A DNA stretch of 64,000 bases from an uncultured Acidimicrobiales bacterium (lineage in GTDB: Bacteria; Actinomycetota; Acidimicrobiia; Acidimicrobiales; UBA10347), in NCBI GenBank assembly GCA_943788915.1, contig CALSSD010000010.1:124001-188000 (forward strand). The letters run 5' to 3'. Shown piece after piece: positions 38,254 through 47,466 of the stretch. The notes below the pieces were generated by a model. It was not told the DNA's origin and did no database searches. It saw only the letters and a program-made list of their open reading frames with translations. The position numbers and the translations under genes are program-made. Numbering within the stretch: the first letter of the stretch is position 1; the number at the start of each line of letters is the position of its first letter.

Positions 38254-38523
38254 CTAGCGGTGTCGTTGCTAGCGTGTGTACTCGGTAATCCAGGTTTGTC
38301 AGCCCTCGGGCCACTAGGTGGGGGTGCGAACCTAGGTTGCGTTAGCTCAACCGGACTCGCTTGCTTGTCTAGTGGTCGGAGTAGCGTTTCATAGCTTTTG
38401 TTACTATGAGCGTCTAGTCCCAATCGATTTCGTCAGACTAGCACGACTAGTCGTGACTAGCTAGCTAAAATACTAGCTTCTTAACTAGAAGCTACTAGCG
38501 GGCCTAGATTGGACACTTGCTAG
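38254..38523. promoter_or_regulatory. CTAG-dense AT-rich putative operator array
   Basis: 15 CTAG in 270 bp; palindromes CACGACTAGTCGTG and TAGCTTCT-N5-AGAAGCTA. Confidence 0.55.
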
Positions 38524-38614
38524 TTGCTGGTTTTCGGCTGGTTCGGTGCCAAAAGTGTTTACATGCCACCTCGAAACTCGGCCGGGAGGAGGAGGTGGCG
38601 CTAGCGTCGCCGCC

Positions 38615-39109
38615 ATGTGGACGTTGCGACGCCCAGCTGCCCGGGTTGTACTACTCGACAGGCAAGGGCGCATCTTCTTAATCAATGGCCGTGATCCAGC
38701 AGACGCGTCCAAACCCCCGTGGCTCGAGATTCCCGGCGGTGGTATTGACCCTGGTGAAGACAGCGCTGTTGCTGTTGCCCGTGAGTTGTACGAAGAGACA
38801 GGTATCGAAGATGCTGAGATTGGGCCGGTCGTGTGGAAACAATACGTCGAGTTCGATTTCGGCGGTTACCACTTTGAAAGCGACGAGAAGATCCATGTTG
38901 CATGGTGCGACGGCGGCGAATGGCAGCCGAAACACCTGGAGTTTCTCGAAGCGCAAGCCTTCAGCGGCGCCGAATGGTGGTCGCTCGAAGATCTTCTGGC
39001 GTCGGACAAGCCGGTATTGCCGACGCGGCTCCGGGAATTCTTGCCTGACCTAGTCGTTGGCACCATCCCCGACGAACCCATCGATATTGCTCCACCGTTG
39101 ATCCCATAA
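38615..39109 (+). CDS. NUDIX hydrolase
   Basis: PGGGIDPGE.....ARELYEETG Nudix box. Confidence 0.92.
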   Translation: MWTLRRPAARVVLLDRQGRIFLINGRDPADASKPPWLEIPGGGIDPGEDSAVAVARELYEETGIEDAEIGPVVWKQYVEFDFGGYHFESDEKIHVAWCDGGEWQPKHLEFLEAQAFSGAEWWSLEDLLASDKPVLPTRLREFLPDLVVGTIPDEPIDIAPPLIP

Positions 39110-39134
39110 ACCGGAATCCACAGTCGGTTTGTGC

Positions 39135-39180
39135 ACCGAGGGTCTGACCCTCCGTCACGTGGGGTCTGACCCCGCGTGAC
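39135..39180. repeat. Tandem REP-like palindromes GGGTCTGACCC
   Basis: GAGGGTCTGACCCTC and GTCACGTGGGGTCTGACCCCGCGTGAC; matches 946-972. Confidence 0.65.
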
Positions 39181-39182
39181 GG

Positions 39183-39452
39183 TTAGTGGCCGGAATCGAG
39201 GCCGAGGTCGTCTCGATAGGCGGCTTTTACGGCGTATCCGATGATGATCGCCGGGAGCAAAAATACCGAGCCGAGGATCAATGAGCCGATCACGATCCAG
39301 CCCCATGCATCATTGAAGCTGGTGAAGAGTCCAACGAAGAACGCCACCATGGCGAGTCCGAAGAGGGAGTAACCGAGTTTCTTGCCCCAGTCGGCCGCTG
39401 TGCTGAATTGTGCCCGCTTGGCCAGTATCGGATCTTCTTCAGCAGTGCCCAC
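39183..39452 (-). CDS. Small two-TM hypothetical membrane protein
   Basis: DPILAKR...GY.LF...LLPAIIIGYAVKAA. Confidence 0.7.
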   Translation of the reverse strand: MGTAEEDPILAKRAQFSTAADWGKKLGYSLFGLAMVAFFVGLFTSFNDAWGWIVIGSLILGSVFLLPAIIIGYAVKAAYRDDLGLDSGH

Positions 39453-39605
39453 AGCTTCCGAGCGTACTCACCCGTCTGAGCCAACCCTGTTCCTATGATC
39501 AAACTCGGGTGATGGCGATTCGACTCTTCCGTCGGCGGTCCCGGCGCATATCCTCCGTCAGCGATGGCCGCCTCCAACTTGGTCGCAGAAAGAGGACATC
39601 TCCCC

Positions 39606-40358
39606 ATGAAGCTCCACGGCGTCATCAACGCCTCACCGGACTCACTCGCTGATTTCTCGATTGCCGAGACGGTCGAAGCAGCTCGTACCCGGGCAGAACT
39701 GTTAATCGAGCAAGGATGCGTGGGGATCGACCTGGGGGGTGCAGGTTCGACCCAGTTCGCCGCACGGGTTGAGCTTGAGCAGGAGTGGGACCGCCTCGAT
39801 GGCAAGATCCAGACGATCGCCGAACTCGGCGTGGAACTCTCGGTCGACACCTGGCAGCCAGAAATCATGGAACGGGCGCTCGACGCCGGCGCCAACTTCA
39901 TGAACGCCGCCGACGGGCTGCAGAACCCCGACATGGTTGCGCTGGCTGCCGACAGGGGAGTGCCGGTCGTGCTGCCATTTCTTTCTGGCATCGACCCCAA
40001 GGCCATGAGTTTCATCGAGGGCGACCCGATGGAGGTCATGCTGCCGTGGTTCGAGGAGACACTGGCTCGGGTGACCGCCGCTGGTGTCGCAGAATCCCAG
40101 ATCATTGTTGATCCGGGCACGGGCTTCGGCCCTGCAGATTGGCCATGGGAGGATCGCCGCAACTACCAGGATTCGGTCTACTCCCAACTCGACAAGTTGC
40201 GCGTGTTTGGCATGCCGATCTACATGGCACTGCCGTGGAAGTTCGATGGCGGCAGGCTTGAACTGCTCGACACCTTGTTACGAGTCGGATTCGACTACGG
40301 CCGAGCTCATCTGCCCGCCTACATCCTGCAACGCCAGCGCGAGCTCGGCTTGAGCTAG
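39606..40358 (+). CDS. folP: Dihydropteroate synthase-like protein (divergent)
   Basis: INASPDS, IDLGG.GS, SVDTW, VDPGTGFG; C-terminal motifs atypical. Confidence 0.75.
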   Translation: MKLHGVINASPDSLADFSIAETVEAARTRAELLIEQGCVGIDLGGAGSTQFAARVELEQEWDRLDGKIQTIAELGVELSVDTWQPEIMERALDAGANFMNAADGLQNPDMVALAADRGVPVVLPFLSGIDPKAMSFIEGDPMEVMLPWFEETLARVTAAGVAESQIIVDPGTGFGPADWPWEDRRNYQDSVYSQLDKLRVFGMPIYMALPWKFDGGRLELLDTLLRVGFDYGRAHLPAYILQRQRELGLS

Positions 40359-40446
40359 TTGTCATCATTAGTCAGGCCCGGCTGGCCGACGTTGATAGTC
40401 ATGCCCTGATCGTCGAGCCCGATGATGGCAGGCGTATCGTCGGGGC

Positions 40447-40932
40447 ATGACGTTTGTGATTCGTGCTGCCAACCCCGACGATGCCTCGGCAATTCATGGC
40501 TTCATCTACGAGTTGGCCGTATACGAAAAGGAACCAGATGCGGTCGAGGCGACACCCGAGTCCATTCGGGAGCAGATGGAATCGGACCGACCGCCGTTCG
40601 AGTGTGTGATTGGCGAGGTCGATGGAACTCCCGTGGGTATGGCGTTGTTCTTTCAGAGTTATTCGACCTGGAAAGGTGTGCCTGGCATCTATCTCGAAGA
40701 CCTCTACGTGCAACCCGACCACCGAGGCGCCGGCTATGGCGGCGCGCTGCTCGCTGAGCTTGCTCGCCTGGCTGTGGAACGTGGCTTCGCCCGTGTGGAC
40801 TGGCAGGTCTTGGACTGGAACACGCCGTCGATCGAGTTTTACGAGAGTGTGGATTCCGAGATCAAACGCGACTGGATTCCGTGTCGGCTGACGGGCGATG
40901 CGCTCACTGCAATGGCGGCCAAGGCCGGATAG
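40447..40932 (+). CDS. GNAT N-acetyltransferase (diamine acetyltransferase-like)
   Basis: ELAVYEK, YSTW.G..IYLEDLYV.P..RG.GYG, VLDWN.P.I.FY. Confidence 0.9.
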   Translation: MTFVIRAANPDDASAIHGFIYELAVYEKEPDAVEATPESIREQMESDRPPFECVIGEVDGTPVGMALFFQSYSTWKGVPGIYLEDLYVQPDHRGAGYGGALLAELARLAVERGFARVDWQVLDWNTPSIEFYESVDSEIKRDWIPCRLTGDALTAMAAKAG

Positions 40933-41058
40933 CCAATGCTGACCAACCGAGAAAAGCGGCGGTAGAGCGTGGCTAGGCATAGGCAAGGGACGGGATCCCG
41001 TCTAGGATTTGCCTTCTTTACTTTTTGTTAAGTTACGCAACCGGAAACCAGTGCTCCT

Positions 41059-42594
41059 ATGACAGACCAGACCGCATCGGCCGCATCGCACCTTGCCATT
41101 TTTGGAGAGTTTGCCGCCGACGGACAGACGTCCTATGACAATGCGGTCACCCGCTTTCGCGAAAACGGCATCCTGCTACCAACGTTTGCCCAGCTCCGGG
41201 ATCCGTCGACCATCCCCGCATCGATCCAGCAGAAGCTGGCCACCATCGACAAGGACGCACCAGACCCGACCAACCTGTTTCGGGTCCACTGGTTCAACGA
41301 ACATGCCGACGAGCCGGGCGAGAACTTCCCCGGGTTCACCGATGTGCCCACCCATGTCGAACTGCCATCGGAGTTGACCGGTGTCGACGCTCGCATCGTG
41401 TTGGCCTTCGGTAACCGTTTCCCGATGATTCGAGCCCACAAGGTACTTGCTGCCTATTCGTGCCTCGCTGCCCGGCTGGTGACAGGTCGTTTCGACCCGA
41501 TTAACAATCGTGCGATCTGGCCATCGACAGGCAACTATGCCCGTGGCGGTATTGCCATCAGCAAGATCATGGGCTGCCGTGGCGTTGCGATTCTGCCCGA
41601 AGGGATGAGCCGCGAACGTTTCGAGTGGCTCGAGCGTTGGACCACCAACCCCGATGAAGACGTCATCAAGACCTTCGGCACCGAGAGCAATGTTAAAGAG
41701 ATCTACGACGCATGTAATGAATTGTCGCTCGATCCAACCAACGTGATCCTGAATCAGTTCAGCGAATTCTCAAATCATCTCGGGCACTATGCCGTTACCG
41801 GGCCCGCTCTCGAGACGGTGTTCAACCATGTCACGGCTGATCGCCCAGGTACGTTGGCCGCATTCGTATCGGCATCAGGTTCAGCAGGCACGCTCGGTGC
41901 TGGTGACTATCTCAAAGACGAACACGGCGCTCGCATCGTGGGCGTCGAGGCGCTTGAGTGCCCCACGATGTTGCACAACGGTTTTGGCGACCACAACATT
42001 CAGGGCATCGGTGACAAACACATCCCGCTGATCCACAACGTCATGAATACCGACCTGATCGTTGGTGTCAGCGACGACTCAACGAACCGCCTTGATGTTT
42101 TGTTCAATACTCCCGCCGGCAAGCAATTGCTGGCCGATCGGGGTGTGGCCCCGGAACTGGCGAACGCACTGGTGGACTTCGGGTACTCGTCGATCTGCAA
42201 CACTCTGGCAGCGATCACCGCGGCCAAGCAATGGGGCCTTGGTTCCGACGATGTCATCATGTCGGTGGCAACCGACGGCAGCGATCTGTACAACTCAGAT
42301 CGCGAGCGCATTATGGCCACCCACTTCGCTGGCGGCTTTGACGACACCCATGCGGTCGAAACGTTCGACACCCACCTCATGGGTGTGCCCACCGAAGCCA
42401 TGGAAATGGACGAAGCAACTCGCAACCGGGTCTTCAACCTTGGTTATTTCACCTGGGTCGAACAACAAGGTGTCAACATCCCAGACTTCGAGATGCGTCG
42501 CGACCAAGGTTGGTGGGACAGCCTGCGTCCGCTCATCGGCGAATGGGACACGATGATCGAAGACTTCAACGCTGCCACGGGCGTCACGATTTGA
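41059..42594 (+). CDS. PLP-dependent enzyme, fold type II (cysteine-synthase-like, 511 aa)
   Basis: AHKV (PLP Lys), PSTGNYARGG, ILPEGMSRER, GSAGT, IQGIG. Confidence 0.88.
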   Translation: MTDQTASAASHLAIFGEFAADGQTSYDNAVTRFRENGILLPTFAQLRDPSTIPASIQQKLATIDKDAPDPTNLFRVHWFNEHADEPGENFPGFTDVPTHVELPSELTGVDARIVLAFGNRFPMIRAHKVLAAYSCLAARLVTGRFDPINNRAIWPSTGNYARGGIAISKIMGCRGVAILPEGMSRERFEWLERWTTNPDEDVIKTFGTESNVKEIYDACNELSLDPTNVILNQFSEFSNHLGHYAVTGPALETVFNHVTADRPGTLAAFVSASGSAGTLGAGDYLKDEHGARIVGVEALECPTMLHNGFGDHNIQGIGDKHIPLIHNVMNTDLIVGVSDDSTNRLDVLFNTPAGKQLLADRGVAPELANALVDFGYSSICNTLAAITAAKQWGLGSDDVIMSVATDGSDLYNSDRERIMATHFAGGFDDTHAVETFDTHLMGVPTEAMEMDEATRNRVFNLGYFTWVEQQGVNIPDFEMRRDQGWWDSLRPLIGEWDTMIEDFNAATGVTI

Positions 42595-43745
42595 CCGTGA
42601 AGAGCGCTGGAGCTGTTTCAGGTTCGCTCGCTGGAGAGCAGAATCCGTTTCTTCGATACCGCGACCGGCTGGACTCCTACGCAGCGGTCGGTGATGGGCG
42701 CATGTCCGACGAACAGTTCGTCGATCTGGTGTCCGAAATCGATCAGAACATCGCCCAGATATGGGGCCGAGGATTTCTGGTGTCGCCGCTGCTCGACGGA
42801 AGTGCGCTCGCTGCAGCGAGCGGCATCCAAGCACGGTTGTCGATCAAGGTCGAAGCCGACAACGTCGGTGGCTCCCACAAGTCTCGACACCTCATGGGTG
42901 TTGCGATCGACAAACTCATAGCCGAACGGCTCGGCGGCCCCGCCGCAGACAACTTCGCAATCGCCAGCTGTGGCAACGCGGCGCTAGGAGCTGCGGTTGT
43001 CTCTCGGGCGCTCGGCCGCAAGCTTGATGTCTTCGTTCCAACCTGGGCCGACGAGGCAGTCGTCTCCCAACTAGATGCGTTTGGTGCTCGAGTCAATCGC
43101 TGTGAGCGACGTGCCGGAGAGGCCGGTGACCCGTGCTACTTGCGGTTCCGCGAAGCCGTCGATGCCGGATCCCAGGCGTTCAGTGTGCAAGGCACCGACA
43201 CGCCGACAACGTTCGATGGCGCCCGTACGCTCGGCTGGGAGATCGCAGAACAGACTTCATCTGGCCTCAGCAGCCCTTCGGCCAACGCCGTAGATGCGTT
43301 GTACATCCAGGTTGGCGGGGGAGCACTCGCGACCTCGGTGTCTCTCGCGTTGCCCAACGCCCGTCTCCACCCGGTGCAAGCCGAGGGTTGCGCCCCACTA
43401 CGTCGGGCATGGGATCGATGGGGTCCCGACTTCGACCCCGAAGCAGCGAGCGCGCCTGACCAGCAGATCATGACTCCGTGGGAAGATCCGCACAGTTTCG
43501 CCACCGGCATCCTCGATGATGTGACCTATGACTGGGTTCCGCTGCTTGAGCGAACTCGGGTAACCGGTGGCCACCCAATCGTCGCTCCAGAGTCGCTCAT
43601 CGAGCAGGCGTATGCACTCGCTCATGAGCACACCGACGTCAATGTGTGCTCAACGGGAACCGCCGGTTTCGCCGGGTTATTGACTGAACCAGCCCCGGCG
43701 AATGAGCATGTCGTCGTTGTCTTTACAGGAGTTGATCGTTCATGA
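42591..43745 (+). CDS. PLP-dependent enzyme, fold type II (threonine-synthase/dehydratase-like)
   Basis: GGSHKSR, ASCGNAA, QVGGG, VFTG; start overlaps upstream stop. Confidence 0.85.
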   Translation: MTVKSAGAVSGSLAGEQNPFLRYRDRLDSYAAVGDGRMSDEQFVDLVSEIDQNIAQIWGRGFLVSPLLDGSALAAASGIQARLSIKVEADNVGGSHKSRHLMGVAIDKLIAERLGGPAADNFAIASCGNAALGAAVVSRALGRKLDVFVPTWADEAVVSQLDAFGARVNRCERRAGEAGDPCYLRFREAVDAGSQAFSVQGTDTPTTFDGARTLGWEIAEQTSSGLSSPSANAVDALYIQVGGGALATSVSLALPNARLHPVQAEGCAPLRRAWDRWGPDFDPEAASAPDQQIMTPWEDPHSFATGILDDVTYDWVPLLERTRVTGGHPIVAPESLIEQAYALAHEHTDVNVCSTGTAGFAGLLTEPAPANEHVVVVFTGVDRS

Positions 43746-45199
43746 GTGTGTCGGCCATAGATCTGCACTGGGTGCAACGGCCGGGAACCAGCATGCGGGG
43801 CATGCAGCACCCGACGACGGTGCTCGAAGCGCTCCACATGTTGGCCGATGACCCGTCACTGCGACCGGTTGCCGGCGGCACTGATCTTGTTCTTGAGCTG
43901 GCCCGCAGCGGCGTTGGTGGCCAGGTCGACCTGCTCGATCTGACTCACGTCGACGGCTTCCGAGTGCTCGACCTCGCCGACGACACGATCGTCATCGGCG
44001 CGGGCGTGACCCATGCCGACATCCTGGCCGAGCCACTTGTCGCCGAACGTATTCTTCCCTTGGCCCAGGCGTGCCTCGAGATTGGTTCACCCCAGCTACG
44101 CAACCGAGCAACCGTTGTTGGAAACCTCGTCACGGCAAGCCCGGCCAATGACACCATCTCCGCGTTGATCGCACTCGATGCCGTCGTCGTTATCGCCAGC
44201 CTCGAATCCGGTGCCGTGGCCGAACGCCAAGTGCATCTCCACGACTTCTACGACGGCTTCCGGTCGACCGTGCTCCGACCCGGTGAACTGGTTACCAGAT
44301 TGGTGGTCCCGCAGCCACAACCGCGGCAACGGGGGCTTTGGGTCAAGGCTGGGCTTCGCAAAGCGCAGGCAATCTCGGTGGTGCACGCAGGCTTCAATCT
44401 GGATTTTGATGCCGACGGCACGGTCACGATGGCCCGCATCGCTCTTGGCAGCGTCGGCCCAACCGTGGCAGTCAACGAACCCGCCGCCCGGGAATTGGTT
44501 GGTTCCCCGCTGACTCCTGAAACGATTGCGGCTGCGGCCGATGCCGCAGTAGCCAGTGTCACGCCGATCGCTGATGGTCGAGCCACTGCCGAGTACCGAT
44601 CTAGTTCTGTCCGAACGGTTGTGTCACGAGCACTCTCCACGTTGGCGGCTGGTGGTGAACGTGACCGATGGCCAGTTCGTATCCCGTTGTTGTCTGTTCG
44701 TGCAGACATGGCAGAACAAGCACCGGTCGCAACCGGTCGGATCACTCTCGACGTGAACAATGACCGTCATGCTGGTGAATCAGTAGGCACCGGTACGTTG
44801 CTCGATTGGCTCCGAGAGAACGTCGGGCCAGGCACCAAAGAAGCTTGCGCCGAAGGTGAGTGTGGCGCATGCACCGTTTCGTTAAACGGTGATGCGGTCA
44901 TGAGTTGTTTGGTGCCCGCAGCCCAGGCCACCGGGGCCTCGGTGCAGACGATCGAGGGCCTCGGTACCGAAGCCGACCTACACCCGATGAAGCAGGCATT
45001 CGTCGACAAGTTCGCGGTGCAGTGTGGGTATTGCATACCTGGTTTCATCATGGCGGCTGAGCGTCTGTCCCACGAGTTCGATTCGGTGCCGACTCGAGAA
45101 GAAATCGAGCTCGCTCTGTCGGGAAACCTGTGCCGCTGTACGGGGTACTACAACATCATTGATGCGGTGATCACCGCCATCGAAGGAGGACTGGCATGA
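43742..45199 (+). CDS. Xanthine dehydrogenase family FAD-binding plus [2Fe-2S] fusion subunit
   Basis: AGGTDL, IGSPQLRNRAT.GN..ASPA.D; C-terminal CAEGECGACT...SC and QCGYC...GNLCRCTGY. Confidence 0.9.
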   Translation: MSVSAIDLHWVQRPGTSMRGMQHPTTVLEALHMLADDPSLRPVAGGTDLVLELARSGVGGQVDLLDLTHVDGFRVLDLADDTIVIGAGVTHADILAEPLVAERILPLAQACLEIGSPQLRNRATVVGNLVTASPANDTISALIALDAVVVIASLESGAVAERQVHLHDFYDGFRSTVLRPGELVTRLVVPQPQPRQRGLWVKAGLRKAQAISVVHAGFNLDFDADGTVTMARIALGSVGPTVAVNEPAARELVGSPLTPETIAAAADAAVASVTPIADGRATAEYRSSSVRTVVSRALSTLAAGGERDRWPVRIPLLSVRADMAEQAPVATGRITLDVNNDRHAGESVGTGTLLDWLRENVGPGTKEACAEGECGACTVSLNGDAVMSCLVPAAQATGASVQTIEGLGTEADLHPMKQAFVDKFAVQCGYCIPGFIMAAERLSHEFDSVPTREEIELALSGNLCRCTGYYNIIDAVITAIEGGLA

Positions 45200-47457
45200 G
45201 CGTTGGGTCATCGCCCGTTCGATTCGATGCGTTGTCGAAGACTCACGGCACCGCTATCTACCCCGGCGACCGTCAGCTTGACGATGCACTTGTCGCCAAG
45301 ATCGTCTTCACCGGCCAACCTCACGCTCGGTTGGTGAGTTTGGACATAAGTGCGGCCGAGGCAGTACCAGGTGTGGTCACGGTTATCACCGCCGCCGACG
45401 TGCCCCGCAACGAATACGGCCTGACCAAGTTCGACCAACCGGTGTTCATTAGCCCGAGTGACGACGACAGTGTTGCCGTTGCCACCAATGTCAGTAGGTG
45501 GGAAGCAGACCATCTGGCAATGGTTGTCGCCGAGTCGCTCGATGCCGCCAACGCTGGTGCCGTTGCCATTCTGGCCGAGTGGGAACAGCTGGCTCTTGTA
45601 CCGGACATCGATGCAGCGCTTGACGACACGGTTCTCGTACATCCTCAGGACGGCACCAATAGGTATACCCACCTCAAGATCCGCCATGGTGACACAGATC
45701 AAGGATTCGCCGACGCTGATGTCGTCGTCGAGCACACGTACGAGGTCCCATACCAAGAACATGCGTACCTCCAGCCCGAGGCAGCCTCAGCGTGGATCGA
45801 TGAGTCAGGTCGTCTGACTGTCGAGGTTGCCGGTCAATGGACCCACGAAGATCAAGAGCAGATTGCACACGCGCTCAGGCTGGACCTGGCCCAGGTGCGG
45901 GTCATCTATCCGTCGATCGGTGGTGCATTCGGCGGCCGCGAAGACATGTCGGTGCAGGTCGTCATGGCAGTCGCAGTGCAGAAGCTGGCAACGCTCGGCG
46001 TGCACCGGCCGGTGCAAACACAGTGGAGCCGCGAAGAGTCGATTGTTGGCCATCACAAACGCCACCGCGGTCGTATCCACGCGAAACTTGGTGCCACATC
46101 CGACGGCAAGATCACCGCGGTCCATGCCCAAGTACTTCTCGACGCCGGGGCCTACAACTACACCTCGAACAAGGTCCTCGGCAACGCTCACCTGTGTGTG
46201 ACTGGACCATACGAGATCCCTAACGCGACCGTCGACAGTTTCGCCATCTATACGACCAGCCCGCCGGGCGGCGCTTTTCGTGGCTTCGGTGGTCCTCAAG
46301 GGGCCTTCGTTGCCGAGATGCAGATGAATCGCATGGCCGACGTGCTCGGGATCGATCCGGTTGAACTTCGCCGGCGAAATCAGATAAGCGACGGCAGCAT
46401 CGGCGTTACCGGCGCGGTGTACCCAGCCGGAGTTTCGTTACCGCAGGTCATCGAGTCGTGTGCCGAACGCTCTGGTTTCGACCAACCACTCGACCAGGGC
46501 GAACCGTTTTCTCCGTTTGCGTCATTGCCGGCCAACCCCGCTGCGGTAAGACGGGGCCGTGGCTTCGCGGCCGGGCTTAAGAACGTCGGCTTCTCGTTTG
46601 GGTTCCCCGAACGTTGCGAGGCCGAGATTCATTTGCACGGCGAGTCCGATGACACTGAACCCATCAAGGCTGATCTGTTTCATGCCGGCGCCGAGGTCGG
46701 GCAAGGGGCACACCAGGCATTCCTACAAATGGCGGCCGAAGCAACCGGCGTGGCACTCGATCATTTCGAGGGGCATTTCAGCGACACGACCAACACCGGC
46801 GACTCTGGGTCAGCCTCTGCCAGTCGGTTGACTTTTATGGCCGGCAACTCCATCGTCGCTGCGGCCGAGGTCGCGGCCAAGGCATGGGCCGAAGGCGACC
46901 GACCAGCGGTCGGTTTCGCTCGTTACGAGCCGCCCGAAACAGACATGCTCGATGCCGAGACTGGCCAGGGTCAGCCGAACTTCAGCTATGGCTATATGGC
47001 CCAAGCGGTCGAACTCACGGTCGACACCGAGACCGGACACATCCGCATCGATCGGGTCACGTCGACCCATGATGTGGGACGCACCATCAATCCGGAGCTG
47101 CTTCGGGGCCAGGTCGAAGGGGCGGTCGTGCAAGCGCACGGGTATGTGCTCAGCGAGAATCTTCAGGTTGCCAATGGAATGATTCTGAATCCTCGTTTCT
47201 CGTCGTATCTCATTCCTGGTATCGGCGACGTGCCGACTGAAGTCGACACCGACGTGCTCGAACTGTCCGACCCCCTTGGACCATTTGGTGCCCGAGGGGT
47301 CGCCGAGATGCCGTACATCACCTATGCCCCCGCAGTGGTAGCGGCACTACATGACGCAACCGGCGTCTGGTTCAACGAGTTCCCACTCACCCCGTCACGG
47401 GTGTTGGCGGGCTTGGATGCTGCAGCAGATGCGGCGGATCGGTTGGGCGGTCGATAA
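45196..47457 (+). CDS. Xanthine dehydrogenase family molybdopterin-binding subunit
   Basis: QEHAYLQPE, GGAFGGRE, AFRGFGGPQ, SASASR, GARGVAE. Confidence 0.92.
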   Translation: MSVGSSPVRFDALSKTHGTAIYPGDRQLDDALVAKIVFTGQPHARLVSLDISAAEAVPGVVTVITAADVPRNEYGLTKFDQPVFISPSDDDSVAVATNVSRWEADHLAMVVAESLDAANAGAVAILAEWEQLALVPDIDAALDDTVLVHPQDGTNRYTHLKIRHGDTDQGFADADVVVEHTYEVPYQEHAYLQPEAASAWIDESGRLTVEVAGQWTHEDQEQIAHALRLDLAQVRVIYPSIGGAFGGREDMSVQVVMAVAVQKLATLGVHRPVQTQWSREESIVGHHKRHRGRIHAKLGATSDGKITAVHAQVLLDAGAYNYTSNKVLGNAHLCVTGPYEIPNATVDSFAIYTTSPPGGAFRGFGGPQGAFVAEMQMNRMADVLGIDPVELRRRNQISDGSIGVTGAVYPAGVSLPQVIESCAERSGFDQPLDQGEPFSPFASLPANPAAVRRGRGFAAGLKNVGFSFGFPERCEAEIHLHGESDDTEPIKADLFHAGAEVGQGAHQAFLQMAAEATGVALDHFEGHFSDTTNTGDSGSASASRLTFMAGNSIVAAAEVAAKAWAEGDRPAVGFARYEPPETDMLDAETGQGQPNFSYGYMAQAVELTVDTETGHIRIDRVTSTHDVGRTINPELLRGQVEGAVVQAHGYVLSENLQVANGMILNPRFSSYLIPGIGDVPTEVDTDVLELSDPLGPFGARGVAEMPYITYAPAVVAALHDATGVWFNEFPLTPSRVLAGLDAAADAADRLGGR

Positions 47458-47466
47458 CCTCCGGCG

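Noticed and set aside
38400..38530. Replication origin or TrpR operator
   Set aside because: No DnaA boxes or dnaA nearby; only a partial TTAACTAG match and no trp genes.
45196..47457. Aerobic CO dehydrogenase CoxL
   Set aside because: Active-site loop is AFRGFG, not AYxCSFR or AYRGAGR.
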